In this document: in pieces, positions 11,684 through 27,059 of the stretch | How positions within the stretch are numbered: the stretch's first letter is position 1 | Layout: every line of letters starts with the position of its first letter | Assembly (NCBI GenBank): GCA_051294375.1 | Contig: CM119270.1 | Span: 11,724,416 to 11,788,415 of the forward strand | DNA from: Paraspadella gotoi | Taxonomy: Eukaryota; Animalia; Chaetognatha | Length of the DNA: 64,000 nucleotides | Direction: 5' to 3' | The notes under the pieces: generated by a model | What the model saw: only the letters and a program-made list of their open reading frames with translations | Told to the model about the DNA's origin: nothing | The model's database searches: none | Program-made: the position numbers and the translations under genes

Positions 11684-14600
11684 TCACCAGACGCTGCATT
11701 TGATGGCAGGATTCATTTTTGACCCGAGAGGACACTGAAACGCGTCCGCAAAATCATTGCTGTTCGATAGAGTTCCAATCACCCTGGAGAAGAAAAGAGA
11801 TTTAAAATCAAAAATGATAACAAAGGACAAAATAAATCTAAAATTTAAATGAACCTAAAATATCCGGCGTATGATGCTCGTTCTGAATTTTATACGCCAG
11901 AGCTTCAGCCCGAGTAATACCGCACCAAACCTATACATAGAATCGTAAAAATGTTAAGCTGAAAATCATTTGTTTGCTTCTCAAATTTAACTCACCTGCG
12001 CAAAGTTAACAAAAAATATTTGGTCGTGACTTAAATCTAAACCGGGCAGAACTCTTGGTTGTTCCAGACTTGATCTCGTTCCATCCAGCTTTTGTAGGCT
12101 CTAAAACAGTATATAGCTCGGGCTTTCTATTTCCTTATCATACTAGATTTTCTTTTTCCTTACTTCGAATTTTTAAATTTTTAGAATTTAATACTTACCT
12201 AAATGCCTCTTTGATTCCACCGTTATCGGCTATATTCTCCCCCTGCGTTATATTTCCATTGATACTAAGGTCGGGCAAGTGAGGAAAGGTGTAGTTATTG
12301 TATTGTTCAATTATACATTTAGTTTTTGTTTTTGAACTGTCCGATTACGGTTTCGCTCCACCACTGTCGCAAATTCCCATTTTTTGTCGTATTGGCGTCC
12401 TTATTTGTGAAATTTAGGATATTACTAATTTAAGATACAACTACGTAAAGTACGTATACTTCTAGTTTGATGGATAAATTTCAATTTTTGCTATAACTTT
12501 GTCGGGTCAAAAAACTTTTTTTTTTCCCGCACATCACTAACCTTTATCATCAAACCCCTGAGTAATCTCATGTCCAATCACCATACCCATGCCCCGAAAT
12601 TCATGGATATAGGCTGTTTGCGTCGTAGAAAGGTCGCTTGAAGAATTCCCGCCGGAAAAACTTTTTTTAAAAAGGATACTCATCACTCATCAGTAAACAG
12701 TAAAAGTCGTAAAATACTCAGAATATTTACTAATTTGGTTCTTGTTAGGCTGATAGTAAGCGTTGACGATAGCGGGTCCCTTGTCCCAAATTGTTCGGTT
12801 CACTTCTTGACGCAAATGTCCAAAATCTTGTTCATAAGTTTGGTTGTTGGTCATCAAAATATTTCTCAATAATTTTGCGAGTCGTACTGTAGAGGCTCGT
12901 ACTTTTTATTTAAGTATTCGTTGTTCTTCAGCAACTGCTATAACCGATGCGAGCATCGATGTTGTTTACCTAACATTGAGCTATGTTCTCATTATTTTAT
13001 TCAAAGGGCGAAAAACTTTAATTTCAGTTACTTTGTCAATGGCAACGGCGAGCGTTTCTCTTCGTCCAACCAGGTTGTATTGTGCAAAAATGTTGATAAA
13101 GGATTTTTGCAATTCTTTCACCATCTCCTGAGCCTTGTTCCTGGGCACCCTGGAATTGCAAAAGAAGAGTAAACATACATATGGAATTGCATGAAGACAT
13201 TGAAGAGTAAACATTCATACTTTTTAAACAATAATTTCCATTTTAAAAATGAAAGGTTACCTCGTCAAAAAATCTGTCAACGTATAATCGGCCGATAACG
13301 TCTTCTAAAAAGGCATGATTCGTGATTTGCATCAAACAATACTCCCAGCGTGGGGAAGGTTTGGAAACCCCAATAGCACCTATTTTAATTGCAATACTAC
13401 TTCATTAGTGTCACCTATAACATATTCATGGGTATTTTTCAATATTTTGATTCTTTCGCACCTTTGAAAATTTCGACTTGGACCTTCGAAAATATGCTTG
13501 AGGTTTTCCGTTCGCGCTTTTAAAAATATCCACATGGCGAAATTTATACGAACTCTGATAGATCGTCCAAAACATTAAAACCTATCCTTTTTATTCAACA
13601 TTTAACAGCCTTACCTTTGTCAGTTTCTCTAATTAAGGCCATCAGTTTCGTCATGTAACTCGAAGCGTATAGAACGATCTCTTCCCTTTCGTCCACGGTC
13701 ACTTTTGTCAGGTAGTTTATTTGCGTTAGCCAGTCGACCTAAAAATTTAAAGTTCAATTAAGCCGACTTTTGTTCGTTATAATAACCAATGTCTGTTTTT
13801 CGCATACGAACCATGGGATAGCGTTGTTGCAAATCGGCTATCGTCATTTTGGAATACATAGACATGTAATCACGGCGCTCGCTTTGCGGTGTTGTGATCT
13901 AGGACGTAAAAAACATTCACCCTTTTTTGGTTGGGCCGCGAATATTCGCGGAGCAACTATAAGTCACTTTTCGGTCGGTCTGTCGGTCCGACGGTTTGTC
14001 CCACTTACGTTAAAAATACATATTATTTGGTTTCCATTCTATATAAACCGCCTTTTCCTTAACTAATTCCTGTAAGTGATTATCTCCCAAACAAATTGCC
14101 GTACAACATTCATGCACTCATTTATTAAATCAATCATTGAGCTAACGTTTGCTATCATGATGTTGAATTCCACGAGTTCATCGATCTCTCGTTGCAAATT
14201 CGGGTTGATGCGTCGAATGTTCGGTTCCACAAAAATTAATTACGTCGAAAATGTACTTCTTGTACTGGGAATGTAGGCGAGTTGTCGGCCAAGAGGTAAG
14301 GGCGGGGCATTCCCAGAGCGTAGCCGTCGGGTTGATCCAGCTGAGTTGGATGAGAAAAAAAAATTGACCTCTTAATATCTTCCAGGTTATCATCTGGTTA
14401 TTAACACTTCTGTGAGTTTTAAAATAAATGTACAATATATATCCGCCTTCAACCGACGATAACTTTGTCCTTACCTGTAAGATGTACCTGGAAGAGTTTT
14501 TGTCGTCCTCGTGGACGTCAATGGCGAAAATGGTTTTGACGACGAACTTGCGCAGACTAGCGAGGAGGTCCTGCAGTGGTCGGGACCTTCGGGACTCCAA

Positions 14601-15871
14601 TGGGGACCTCGAGCAGCGGGAACCCGTAGAGATCCTCGTGGAGAAGCCGCTTCAAACCCGTCACGTGAAAATTCGGAGCTGCACCTTGGTGAGATAGGGA
14701 TTTGGGATTTGGGATTTGGGATTTGGGAGGATGAGAATGTGATAATGATGTGGAAACCTGAAACATCTCACAAAAAAAAAATTACTGATGTTGACGCAAG
14801 ATCGATAAAAAGTTTTGATTTGACTAAAAGCTTTGATTTCTCGATCGTTGATTGGCTCTTCCAACAACCAACGAGCGTCGGGTAGAGTTTGTCCGCTTCT
14901 CGTTGAAGGTCGTGTATCTATAATTGTCTTCGGGATCACGTGAGATCGATCCCAGTTGCCGCAGGCGTACTTGTAGAAATCGCTGAAGGAATGGCAATAA
15001 AAATCCAAAGTCCATGATTAGCTTTTTCGATTATGATAACATCAGTTTTCATTTCATTATTGTCGGTGTTGTTTTTCTCACTCGCAGGATCCACCCGTTT
15101 ATCCAATCCTTTCAAAAATAGTCGCTGCCGTCGTCACGCATTCTTAGTAGTGCATATCTTCGGCGACGGCGTCGACGCGTTGCGAGGATGGGTTAATTGG
15201 CGTTCTGGCAAAGCAAAACGAAAACGCTCTGAATGTAGTAACTACAGTAACACAGCTACACAGATCTTTACATATCCATGACTTTTAAACTATTTAGACT
15301 TAAGCCTGAAATTTAACTCACTAGGGGTTTTTAACTCTTGAGAAGACGATGAAATTACCTGACAAATTTGCAACGAGAATGACCGTCATAATAATGAGGA
15401 CGATAAAGAGGAACACGGAGATGAAAATGAGAGTTCGTTCGAGGAAAGTTCGTTGCCAGCAACAGCGTTGTCTCTTTCTGTGAGTAAAAAACCAAAAAAA
15501 ATTTAAATATGAGAAAAAATATAGGGCTGTGGTACTTTGGATATTTCAAAGGCTTACCTGCGCATGATTATTTCTGGCAATTCCCCGTTTCTCGTAAGGG
15601 GGACAGCAGTGGCGGAGGTTTGGGTGGGCGCGGCGTTCATGGCATTGCAGTTCGAGGTAATGGCATTCAGGTTTGAGTTAATGGTAAAAGTGTTGGCGTT
15701 AACAGAATTCATGACGATTTTGACCCTGGTGGTGGCGTATTCGGCATCAGGAAATCGGAGAAGCATCTGAAGAAGGTGCTGACATGATAGAACGTGGCGT
15801 TGGTGATGGCCCTGGCGGTGGCAAATTATCCGAGCGGAAGTTTAAAAGTTTTTCGTTATCTGTGTCGCCAT
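11684..15871 (-). CDS. M13 peptidase, inverted copy 2
   Basis: Reverse complement of 328-4480 with a different set of indels. Confidence 0.9.
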
Positions 15872-15959
15872 CGGTGAAGACCAGTTGGGATTTGAAGAAA
15901 GAGAATTGGGATTACGAATCGAAGTGAGAGAAAGGAGTTAGCAAAAATACGGAGAGAGG

Positions 15960-16074
<115 letters not shown>

Positions 16075-16087
16075 TGATAGAGAGAGA

Positions 16088-16148
<61 letters not shown>

Positions 16149-16256
16149 TAAAACCACAAAAGTATTTTTTTTAATTCATGTTTTGTCTAAAATTTCGTTT
16201 GAAACTTCAATTGGACACGCGAGTTAAGGCGGATCAATCATAGTTTTTGTTTTGAT

Positions 16257-16325
<69 letters not shown>

Positions 16326-18209
16326 CTCTCTCTCTATCTTTCTTTCCCTCCGCATATTATTTATATCTTCTCTCTCTTTCCACGATTATCCAGCGTTTGA
16401 CTAAACAATTTGACATTTTTCGACAGCCGTTGAACGAGAGAATCGAAGTTAGAGTGTCCAGTGACCTTAGTGTGATGAGTCTTTTTTTAGAATTTTTAGA
16501 AAATTTATTTTGGTAGAACTAGTTTTAGCGAAAAATGGGGCTCATGTGTGTGAAGAGAAAGAATAACGACAATTTAAATATTGCCTTTTGCTTAAGTTTA
16601 GCTAGATGTTTGCTAAATGTTTTTTCTTTTTGCGGAAAAAAATTGTGATGCGCTTCAAAAAACAAACATTCAAATTGACCCTGTGAAAATTTTGTGCATT
16701 TGAATCAACTGAATAAGACCGACAATGATAATAAGAAAAATAATATTATCATTCAAGTGTTGTGATGTTTTAAAAAACAAAAAAATCAAAATAAAAACGT
16801 GTTGAAAATCTCCTTTTTTTGCTTTGTATTTTATTTTGCTCTTTTTTTTATTTTTTTTTTAATGCAGGCTTTTCACTCGGGAATTCAATCAATTAAATAC
16901 TAATTGGAAGGAAGTTTAATCGTTTTTTAGATCGAAAAAAGAAATTCACGCCTCGAAAAAAAAACGAGGCCTATTGTCGAGTTTCAATTTCTATTAAACA
17001 AAATTTATCAATGAAATAAACTGACAGTTTAAATTTTTGTTTGCTTTTTTTTTTTTTTTTTTTTTAAGAATCACGGGATTGCTTCTAACGTACGATTTTC
17101 AATAAAAAATACAAACGACAAAATGTTTAAATATAGCAGAGGTGAATGATATTTAAAACAACAATCACGACGTCAAGATCCACGACGACGACGAAGAAGA
17201 CGACGATGGAGACGACGACGTCAGCAATGAAAACGAAAGGTCGGGAAAAAGTTGGAAAACACGAGTTTTATTATATTTATCAACTGTTGGTTTGTCTAAG
17301 AAACGTCTGCTCTTCTTAGAAAAATCTCCCACGAAAATATCAGGGAAAAAATTTTCATTTTTTGAGACGTTGTTACAAAAGTTATCATATCGCAAAGCAT
17401 CAATATAGTTACGCACAGTTGATACTGTCAAACTTTTCCTTTAGCAGTTCACAGTTCTATTTTCCCCTGCGCTGGCTTCCTCCTCTCGGCTCACGGCTCC
17501 CAGCACCGCCCAGCCGTGCCCAGCTTCGCCCCGATGCGCCCCGCGGCTCGCGTGCTTTTTTTTTTCACTTCCGGTCTTTGCCCCAATTCTAACGCGCGCG
17601 CGATCTCGAAAGATGTGATCTTGACGCACTCAAATCACTTCATAACCTTTCAATTTTTATGTTTACACAACTACTATAATTTAATAAAATTCTTAATGTA
17701 ATAAAAAAGATTCGTTTTTTTAAAAGAAATTTTTACTTAATGATGTGATTAATTTTATTATGATCCATTACAGAATATGACACCATAAAATATACAAATG
17801 ACTATTGACAATTGTTAGAAACGTTTTTACAATGGGAATTCTGGTTTTCTCGGATGTAAGTTGTTGTTGATGATGATGCTGAGGAATTCGATGTCTGAGG
17901 ATAGACAGATGGAATGACTGACTGGACTGATTGACTGAATGAATGAATGATTAATAAATGAATGAATGAATGAATGAATGAGTGAATAGCATCGCAGATG
18001 GAATCGGAACCAAAAATGGTCAGGTATTTTTTCCATCTGCGATAGAGAATAGAATAGAAATATATAAATGGATGATTGAATGATTAAATAACAGACTAGA
18101 GTATTAAAATAAAAAAACAGAATAAATGAAGAAAACATACTCATCAATTTCATTTCACTCTATCGATCCACCCTCCGCCCCCCCCCCCTTTTTCGATCTC
18201 TCCTCCCAG

Positions 18210-18484
18210 TGCCTCGTCGTCGCTGAATCCTGTTCCTCTCAACAGCAAGACCGATGGCTTCCGTTTCCCATGACGACGGAAATCTCGGCTCTGGAAACTA
18301 CGTCCCGATGATGGATCCTTGGGCGCCATGTCCGGATACGGAAGGAGGAAGAGGGACGCTGGAGAGGGAGTGTCGGGGGAGAAGGAGACGTTGGAGGAGA
18401 AGGGGTTGGAGAGGGAGAGAGTGATGCTCGGATGGTTATGGCGCCGGTGAAGTCTGCGTTTAAATTCTGCGAAGATCAAGTGGA

Positions 18485-18580
<96 letters not shown>

Positions 18581-18799
18581 TTTTCTTAATCGCTATTGTT
18601 TATCTTAACTGTTTTTATGCTAGGAAACGACGCGAAAGGCACGAACAGAAACGACAACGGCGGGATGTGGTTCGACTGTCAAAGAATTGCTGTAAGTCTT
18701 TTGTTTGTTGTTTCCAGTTCCTTGATTCAAGTTGTATTATAACATTTTCTTCAACAGGACGTCTGGAAATCATCTATGGAGTTCATGACAAAGTCATGA
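18210..18799 (+). pseudogene. Secreted peptide-precursor family member G (5'-truncated, frameshifted) in palindrome spacer
   Basis: Exon 18210-18485: CLVVAES-CSSQQQDRWLPFP...MSGYG-RRKR-DAGEG; exon ~18624-18702: WFDCQRI(C)CKSF; exon 18758-18799: DVWKSSMEFMTKS-stop; signal exon not found; indels may be sequencing error. Confidence 0.7.
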
Positions 18800-20382
18800 C
18801 TCTAAATCCTCAGACATCGAATTCCTCAGCATCATCATCAACAACAACTTACATCCGAGAAAACCAGAATTCCCATTGTAAAAACGTTTCTAACAATTGT
18901 CAATAGTCATTTTGTATATTTTTATGGTGTCATATTCTGTAATGGATCATAATAAATATAATCACATCAATAAGTAAAAATTTCTTTTAAAAAAACGAAT
19001 CTTTTTTATTACATAAGAATTTTATTAAATTATAGTAGTTGTGTAAACATAAAAATTGAAAGTTATGAAGTGATTTGAGTGCGTCAAGATCACATCTTTC
19101 GAGATCGCGCGCGCGTTTAGAATTGGGGCAAAAGACCGGAAGTGAAAAAAAAAAGCACGCGAGCCGCGGGGCGCATCGGGGCGAAGCTGGGCACGGCTGG
19201 GCGGTGCTGGGAGCGCGTGAGCCGAGAGGAGGAAGCCAGCGCAGGGGAAAATAGAACTGTGAACTGCTAAAGGAAAAGTTGACAGTATCAACTGTGCGTA
19301 ACTATATTGATGCTTTGCGATATGATAACTTTTGTAACAACGTCTCAAAAAATGAAAATTTTTCCCCTGATATTTTCGTGGGAGATTTTTCTAAGAAGAG
19401 CAGAACGTTTCTTAGACAAACCAACAGTTGATAAATATAATAAAACTCGTGTTTTCCAACTTTTTCCCGACCTTTCGTTTTCATTGCTGACGTCGTCGTC
19501 TCCATCGTCGTCTTCTTCGTCGTCGTCGTGGATCTTGACGTCGTGATTGTTGTTTTAAATATCATTCACCTCTGCTATATTTAAACATTTTGGTCGTTTG
19601 TTATTTTTTATTGAAAATCGTACGTTAGAAGCAATCCCGTGATTTCTTAAAAAAAAAAAAAAAAAAAAGCAAACAAAAATTTAAACTGTCAGTTTATTTC
19701 ATTGATTAATTTTGTTTAATAGAAATTGAAACTCGACAATAGGCCTCGTTTTTTTTTCGAGGCGTGAATTTCTTTTTTCGATCTAAAAAACGATTAAACT
19801 TCCTTCCAATTAGTATTTAATTGATTGAATTCCCGAGTGAAAAGCCTGCATTAAAAAAAAATAAAAAAAAGAGCAAAATAAAATACAAAGCAAAAAAAAA
19901 GGAGATTTTCAACACGTTTTATTTTGATTTTTTGTTTTTTTAAAACATCACAACACTTGATGATAATATTATTTTTCTTATTATCATTGTCGGTCTTATT
20001 CAGTTGATTCAAATGCACAAAATTTTCACAGGGTCAATTTGAATGTTTGTTTTTTGAAGCGCATCACAATTTTTTTCCCGCAAAAAGAAAAAACATTTAG
20101 CAACATCTAGCTAAACTTAAGCAAAAGGCAATATTTAAATTGTCGTTATTCTTTCTCTTCACACACATGAGCCCCATTTTTCGCTAAAACTAGTTCTACC
20201 AAAATAAATTTTCTAAAAATTCTAAAAAAGACTCATCACACTAAGGTCACTGGACACTCTAACTTCGATTCTCTCGATCAACGGCTGTCGAAAAATGTCA
20301 AATTGTTTAGTCAAACGCTGGATAATCGTGGAAAGAGAGAGAAGATATAAATAATATGCGGAGGGAAAGAAAGATAGAGAGA

Positions 20383-20448
<66 letters not shown>

Positions 20449-20557
20449 CAAAACAAAAACATAATGATTGATCCGCCTTAACTCGCGTGTCCAATTGAAG
20501 TTTCAAACGAAATTTTAAACAAAACATGAAATTAAAAAAAATACTTTGTGGTTTTAA

Positions 20558-20617
<60 letters not shown>

Positions 20618-20623
20618 ATCACT

Positions 20624-20688
<65 letters not shown>

Positions 20689-20689
20689 G

Positions 20690-20727
<38 letters not shown>

Positions 20728-20824
20728 TCTCCCTCTCTCTCTCCGTATTTTTGCTAACTCCTTTCTCTCACTTCCGATTCGTAATCCCAATTCTCTTTCT
20801 TCAAATCCCAACTGGTCTTCACCG

Positions 20825-23800
20825 ATGGCGACGACAGATAACGAAAAACTTTTAAAACTTCCGCTCGGATAATTTGCCACCGCCAGGGCCATCACCAACG
20901 CCACGTTCTATCATGTCACACCTTCTTCAGATGCTTCTCCGATTTCCTGATGCCGAATACGCCACCACCAGTGTCAAAATCGTCATGAATTCTGTTAACG
21001 CCAACACTTTTACCATTAACTCAAACCTGAATGCCATTACCTCGAACTGCAATGCCATGAACGCCGCGCCCACCCAAACTCCGCCACTGCTGTCCCCCTT
21101 ACGAGAAACGGGGAATTGCCAGAAATAATCATGCGCAGGTAAGCCTTTGAAATATCCAAAGTACCACAGCCCTAATTTTTTCTCATACTTTAAATTTTTT
21201 TTGGTTTTTACTCACAGAAAGAGACAACGCTGTTGCTGGCAACGAACTTTCCTCGAACGAACTCTCATTTTCATCTCCGTGTTCCTCTTTATCGTCCTCA
21301 TTATTATGACGGTCATTCTCGTTGCAAATTTGTCAGTAATTTCATCGTCTTCTCAAGAGTTAAAAACCCCTAGTGAGTTAAATTTCAGGCTTAAGTCTAA
21401 ATAGTTTAAAAGTCATGGATATGTAAAGATCTGTGTAGCTGTGTTACTGTAGTTACTACATTCAGAGCGTTTTCGTTTTGCTTTGCCAGAACGCCAATTA
21501 ACCCATCCTCGCAACGCGTCGACGCCGTCGCCGAAGATATGCACTGACTACGAATGGTGACGACGGCAGCGACTATTTTGAAAGGATTGGATAAACGGGT
21601 GGATCCTGCGAGTGAGAAAAACAACACCGAAATAATGAATGAAAACTGATGTTACATAATCGAAAAAGCAATCATGGACTTTGGATTTTATTGCCATTCC
21701 TTCAGCGATTTCTACAAGTACGCCTGCGGCAACTGGGATCGATCTCACGTGATCCCGAAGACAATTATGAGTACACGACCTTCAACGAGAAGCGGACAAA
21801 CTCTACCTCGACGCTCGTTGGTTGTTGAAGAGCCAATCAACGATCGAGAAATCAAAGCTTTTAGTCAAATCAAAACTTTTTTATCGATCTTGCGTCAACA
21901 TCAGTAATTTTTTTTTTGTGAGAGTTTTCAGGTTTCCACATCATTATCACATTCTCATCCTCCCAAATCCCAAATCCCAAATCCCAAATCCCTATCTCAC
22001 CAAGGTGCAGCTCCGAATTTTCACGTGACGGAGTTGAAGCGGCTTCTCCACGAGGATCTCTACGGGTTCCCGCTGCTCGAGGGTCCCATTGGAGTCCCGA
22101 AGGTCCCGACCACTGCAGGACCTCCTCGCTAGTCTGCGCAAGTTCGTCGTCAAACCCATTTTCGCCATTGACGTCCACGAGGACGACAAAAACTCTTCCA
22201 GGTACATCTTACAGGTAAGGACAAAGTTATCGTCGGTTGAAGGCGGGATATATATTGTACATTTATTTTAAAACTCACAGAAGTGTTAATAACCAGATGA
22301 TAACCTGGAAGATATTAAGAGGTCAATTTTTTTTTCTCATCCAACTCAGCTGGATCAACCCGACGGCTACGCTCTGGAATGCCCCGCCCTTACCTCTTGG
22401 CCGACAACTCGCCTACATTCCGCAGTACAAGAAGTACATTTTCGACGTTAATTAATTTGTTGGAACCGAACATTCGACGCATCAACCCGAATTTGCAAAC
22501 GAGAGATCGATGAACTCGTGGAATTCAACATCATGATAGCAAACGTTAGCTCAATGATTGATTTAATAAATGAGTGCATGAATGTTGTACGGCAATTTGT
22601 TTGGGAGATAATCACTTACAGGAATTAGTTAAGGAAAAAGGCGGTTTTATAGAATGGAAACCAAATAATATGTATTTTTAACGTAAGTGGGACAAACCGT
22701 CGGACCGACAGACCGACCGAAAAGTGAATTATAGTTGCTCCGCGAATATTCGCGGCCCAACCAAAAAAGGTGAATGTTTTTTACGTCCTAGATCACAACA
22801 CCGCAAAGCGAGCGCCGTGATTACATGTCTATGTATTCAAAATGACGATAGCCGATTTGCAACAACGCTATCCCATGGTTCGTATGCGAAAAACAGACAT
22901 TGGTTATTATAACGAACAAAAGTCGGCTTAATTGAACTTTAAATTTTTAGGTCGACTGGCTAACGCAAATAAACTACCTGACAAAAGTGACGTGGACGAA
23001 AGGGAAGAGATCGTTCTATACGCTTCGAGTTACATGACGAAACTGATGGCCTTAATTAGAGAAACTGACCAAAGGTAAGGCTGTTAATATGTTGAATAAA
23101 AAGGATAGGTTTTAATGTTTTGGACGATCTATCAGAGTTCGTATAAATTCGCCATGTGGATATTTTTAAAAGCGCGAACGGAAAACCTCAAGCATATTTT
23201 CGAAGGTCCAAGTCGAAATTTTCAAAGGTGCGAAAGAATCAAAATATTGAAAATACCTATGAATATGTTATAGGTGACACTAATGAAGTAGTATTGCAAT
23301 TAAAATAGGTGCTATTGGGTTTCCAAACCTTCCCCACGCTGGGAGTATTGTTTGATGCAAATCACGAATCATGCCTTTTTAGAAGACGTTATCGGCCGAT
23401 TATACGTTGACAGATTTTTTTGACGAGGTAACCTTTCATTTTTAAAATGGAAATTATTGTTTAAAAGTATGAATGTTTACTCTTCAATGTCTTCATGCAA
23501 TTCCATATGTATGTTTACTCTTCTTGCAATTCCAGGGTGCCAGGAACAAGGCTCAGGAGATGGTGAAAGAATTGCAAAAATCCTTTATCAACATTTTGCA
23601 CAATACAACCTGGTTGGACGAAGAAAACGCTCGCCGTTGCCATTGACAAAGTAACTGAAATTAAAGTTTTTCGCCCTTTGAATAAAATAATGAGAACATA
23701 GCTCAATGTTAGGTAAACAACATCGATGCTCGCATCGGTTATAGCGAGTTGCTGAAGAACAACGAATACTTAAATAAAAAGTACGAGCCTCTACAGTACG

Positions 23801-24984
23801 ACTCGCAAAATTACTTGAAGAAATATTTTGATGACCAACAACCAAAACTTATGAACAAGATTTTGGACATTTGCGTCAAGAAGTGAACCGAACAATTTGG
23901 GACAAGGGACCCCTATCGTCAACGCTTACTATCAGCCTAACAAGAACAAATTAGTAAATATTCTGAGTATTTTACGACTTTTTACTGTTTACTGTGAGTG
24001 ATGAGTATCCTTTTAAAAAAGTTTTTCCGGCGGGAATTCTTCAACGACCTTTCTACGACGCAAACCAGCCTATATCCATGAATTTCGGGCATGGGTATGG
24101 TGATTGGACATGAGATTACTCATGGGTTTGATGATAAAGGTTAGTGATGTGCGGGAAAAAAAAAGTTTTTTGCACCGACAAAGTTATAGGCAAAAATTGA
24201 AATTTATCCATCAAACTAGAAGTATACGTACTTTACGTAGTTGTATCTTAAATTAGTAATATCCTAAATTTCACAATAAGGACGCCAATACGACAAAAAT
24301 GGGAATTTGCGACAGTGGTGGAGCGAAACCGTAATCGGACAGTTCAAAAACAAAACTAAATGTATAATTGAACAATACAATAACTACACTTTCCTCACTT
24401 GCCCGACCTTAGTATCAATGGAAATATAACGCAGGGGGAGAATATAGCCGATAACGGTGGAATCAAAGAGGCATTTAGGTAAGTATTAAATTCTAAAAAT
24501 TTAAAATTCGAAGTAAGGAAAAGAAAATCTAGTATGATAAGGAAATAGAAAGCCGAGCCTATATACTGTTTTAGAGCCTACAAAAGCTGGATGGAACGAG
24601 ATCAAGTCTGGAACAACCAAGTCTCCCGGTTTAGATTTAAGTCACGACCAAATATTTTTTGTTAACTTTGCGCAGGTGAGTTAAATTTGAGAAGCAAACA
24701 AATGATTTTCAGCTTAACATTTTACGATTCTATGTATAGGTTTTGGTGCGGTATAACTCGGGCTGAAGCTCTGGCGTATAAAATTCAGAACGAGCATCAT
24801 ACGCCGGTATTTTAGGTTCATTTAAATTTAGATTTATTTTGTCCTTTGTTATCATTTTGATTTTAAATCTCTTTTCTTCTCCAGGGTGATTGGAACTCTA
24901 TCGAACAGCAATGATTTTGCGGACGCGTTTCAGTGTCCTCTCGGGTCAAAAATGAATCCTGCCATCAAATGCAGCGTCTGGTGA
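20825..24984 (+). CDS. M13 peptidase, copy 3
   Basis: Near-identical to 328-4480; [13 protein letters not shown] and CSVW-stop present. Confidence 0.9.
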
Positions 24985-25541
24985 TCTGTCACTCAGCATA
25001 GTTATCATCTTTATTAGATTCTTATTACTTATTATCAATATTATCATCCTGCTGAGGTCAAAAATTCGGCCAGTGAGAAAATATGCCTTTTTCTACATGA
25101 GGGTTTTTCTATTGTGTATAGAGCCTGTACTATAGACATCCTTTCATGACAGTTAATGCTGAAAATATCTCTATTACTGTGAGAAAAAATATTTCATTGC
25201 TTTTCTAATAATTCTGCTTCAATTGCTAAATTAGTTGTTGCTACCGATTTGTTGCTGTTATATACTTCAAACGTTATAATATATTTTCTACATTCCAATC
25301 TGTTTAATTAGTACTGTAAGCTTTAAACAGTTATAATTATAATTATTGATATTCGACTAGTCACACGGTTATTTACATTAACCAATAACCAATAGACATT
25401 TCCCTCTATTTTTAAACTCACACAATAGGATTTACCGACTGCTTTTTGTTTGTCATTTCCCTCTGTGGCGGTACTTTGGGCAGTCTCATCTCAATTCCTG
25501 GATATCGCTTAATTCATTTCTTTATTTTCGTATCGACGGGA

Positions 25542-26249
25542 CTATTGCAAACGACTGACTCGATCCTCCAGAGACAGAGTTTCGATCTGACGGGGTCGGG
25601 TTTAGGTGAAACCTTTTTTTTTTGATCGATGACTAAGAGGAAACTCGCGAAAATAAATATGGCCACGCCCAACGGGTAGGGCTCCAACAAGAGACGAAGA
25701 ATTTTGTGCAGGGGTTCGTCGAAATCGTCGCCAGCTTCGCAAACCCTTGGCGCCGCAATCCATCCAGCTCGAAGACGAAGCTGCCGCGCGCGCCCTTTTG
25801 GGCGGATATGACACTAAAAAAGCCAACAAATGAACAGCTTCCGAAATTAATTTTTTTTATAAAAAAACAGAATATCTCAAAAGAGTGAAGCGAATTGACC
25901 CACTTTCCAATTCCCTGTCGTAACGTCGTCTCTTCCTGTCGTCGGCCAGCGTCTCGTAGCCTCCTTCAGAAGTCGGAATCTCTCGTTGGCATCCGGGGCC
26001 GCGTTTACATCCGGGTGGCAGTCTTTTGCGCGAGCGTAGTAAGCGTTTCTTATTTCCTCCGATCTCGCGTAAGAGCTTACCCCCAACGTTTTGTAGTGAA
26101 AAAAACGCCTGCCTGTCGGAGTTTAATCTCCCTTAAGGATGTTTAATTGATAATATAATTATAATATTTGTATTAAAAAAAATTAAACTCACCGACAAAT
26201 CCCCATCGCGGTGAGAGCTGGCCCACCTCATAATAAGAAGTCCTGCCAT
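25542..26249 (-). CDS. J-domain protein, copy 3
   Basis: Copy of 5042-5746; CHPD motif in ORF 25877-26086. Confidence 0.85.
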
Positions 26250-27059
26250 CCCCGAAGAAGCATCTTCTCCCCTCCCCCCCAATAAGATTTAAATAGTTGG
26301 AATAACAGTAAGCCATTCAAGTAGGGATGGATTTATAAAGAGAATGATAGAAGATGGTGGCCGAGTATTCCTCCCACACGGGATTCCTCCAACTGATTCC
26401 TCCCACACGGGATTTCCTCCCACGCGGGATTCCTCTCACACGGATTCCTCCCATGCGGGATTCCACACACATGGGTATTCTCCATGCAGGATTCCTAACA
26501 CACGCCATTACTCCCACACGGGATTCCTCCCCGCGGATTCCTCCCACACGAGATTACTCCCACGGGATTCCTCCCACACGGGGTTCCTCCCACGGGATTC
26601 CTCCCACAGCGGTTTGAAAGTTATTGTTACCAACATAAAACATAAAAAAAATTGTCTTGAATGAATCTGATTTTTTTTAATATTATATTTTAAATGATTT
26701 TGTATGTGTGTTTTGCGGCTTAAGTTGAAAGCTGAAAATGTTTCTCTTTTCTACTGACACTATTTTTATCATAAGAATGACATTCCTTGATCGGTCGATG
26801 GAAAACATAATAAGTCCAACCTGAGAGCTAATTTTGCTGTAAAATAAAATGTAAGTTTTAAAATATTCAAGAAATTACGTTAGGTCATAAAGGAAAATAA
26901 AAGAAAATATCAAAACTAAAGCCGAGAAGTTTTCTTTTATTAAGCTGATCAAAAATCCAAACTCCATTTTCATGCAAAATTAAAAAAGAGTATTGAAGCT
27001 GCCAATCAATCTAGATAATTAAATGTAATCTTAAGAAACGAAGTCTTGTATCATGGTTT

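Noticed and set aside
17126-17620. Acidic (GAC)n stretch and GC-rich block with CCGGAAGTG (copies at 6426-6920 and 19100-19580) as a gene or promoter
   Set aside because: No convincing exon chain or product, and a single ETS-like motif is not enough to call a promoter
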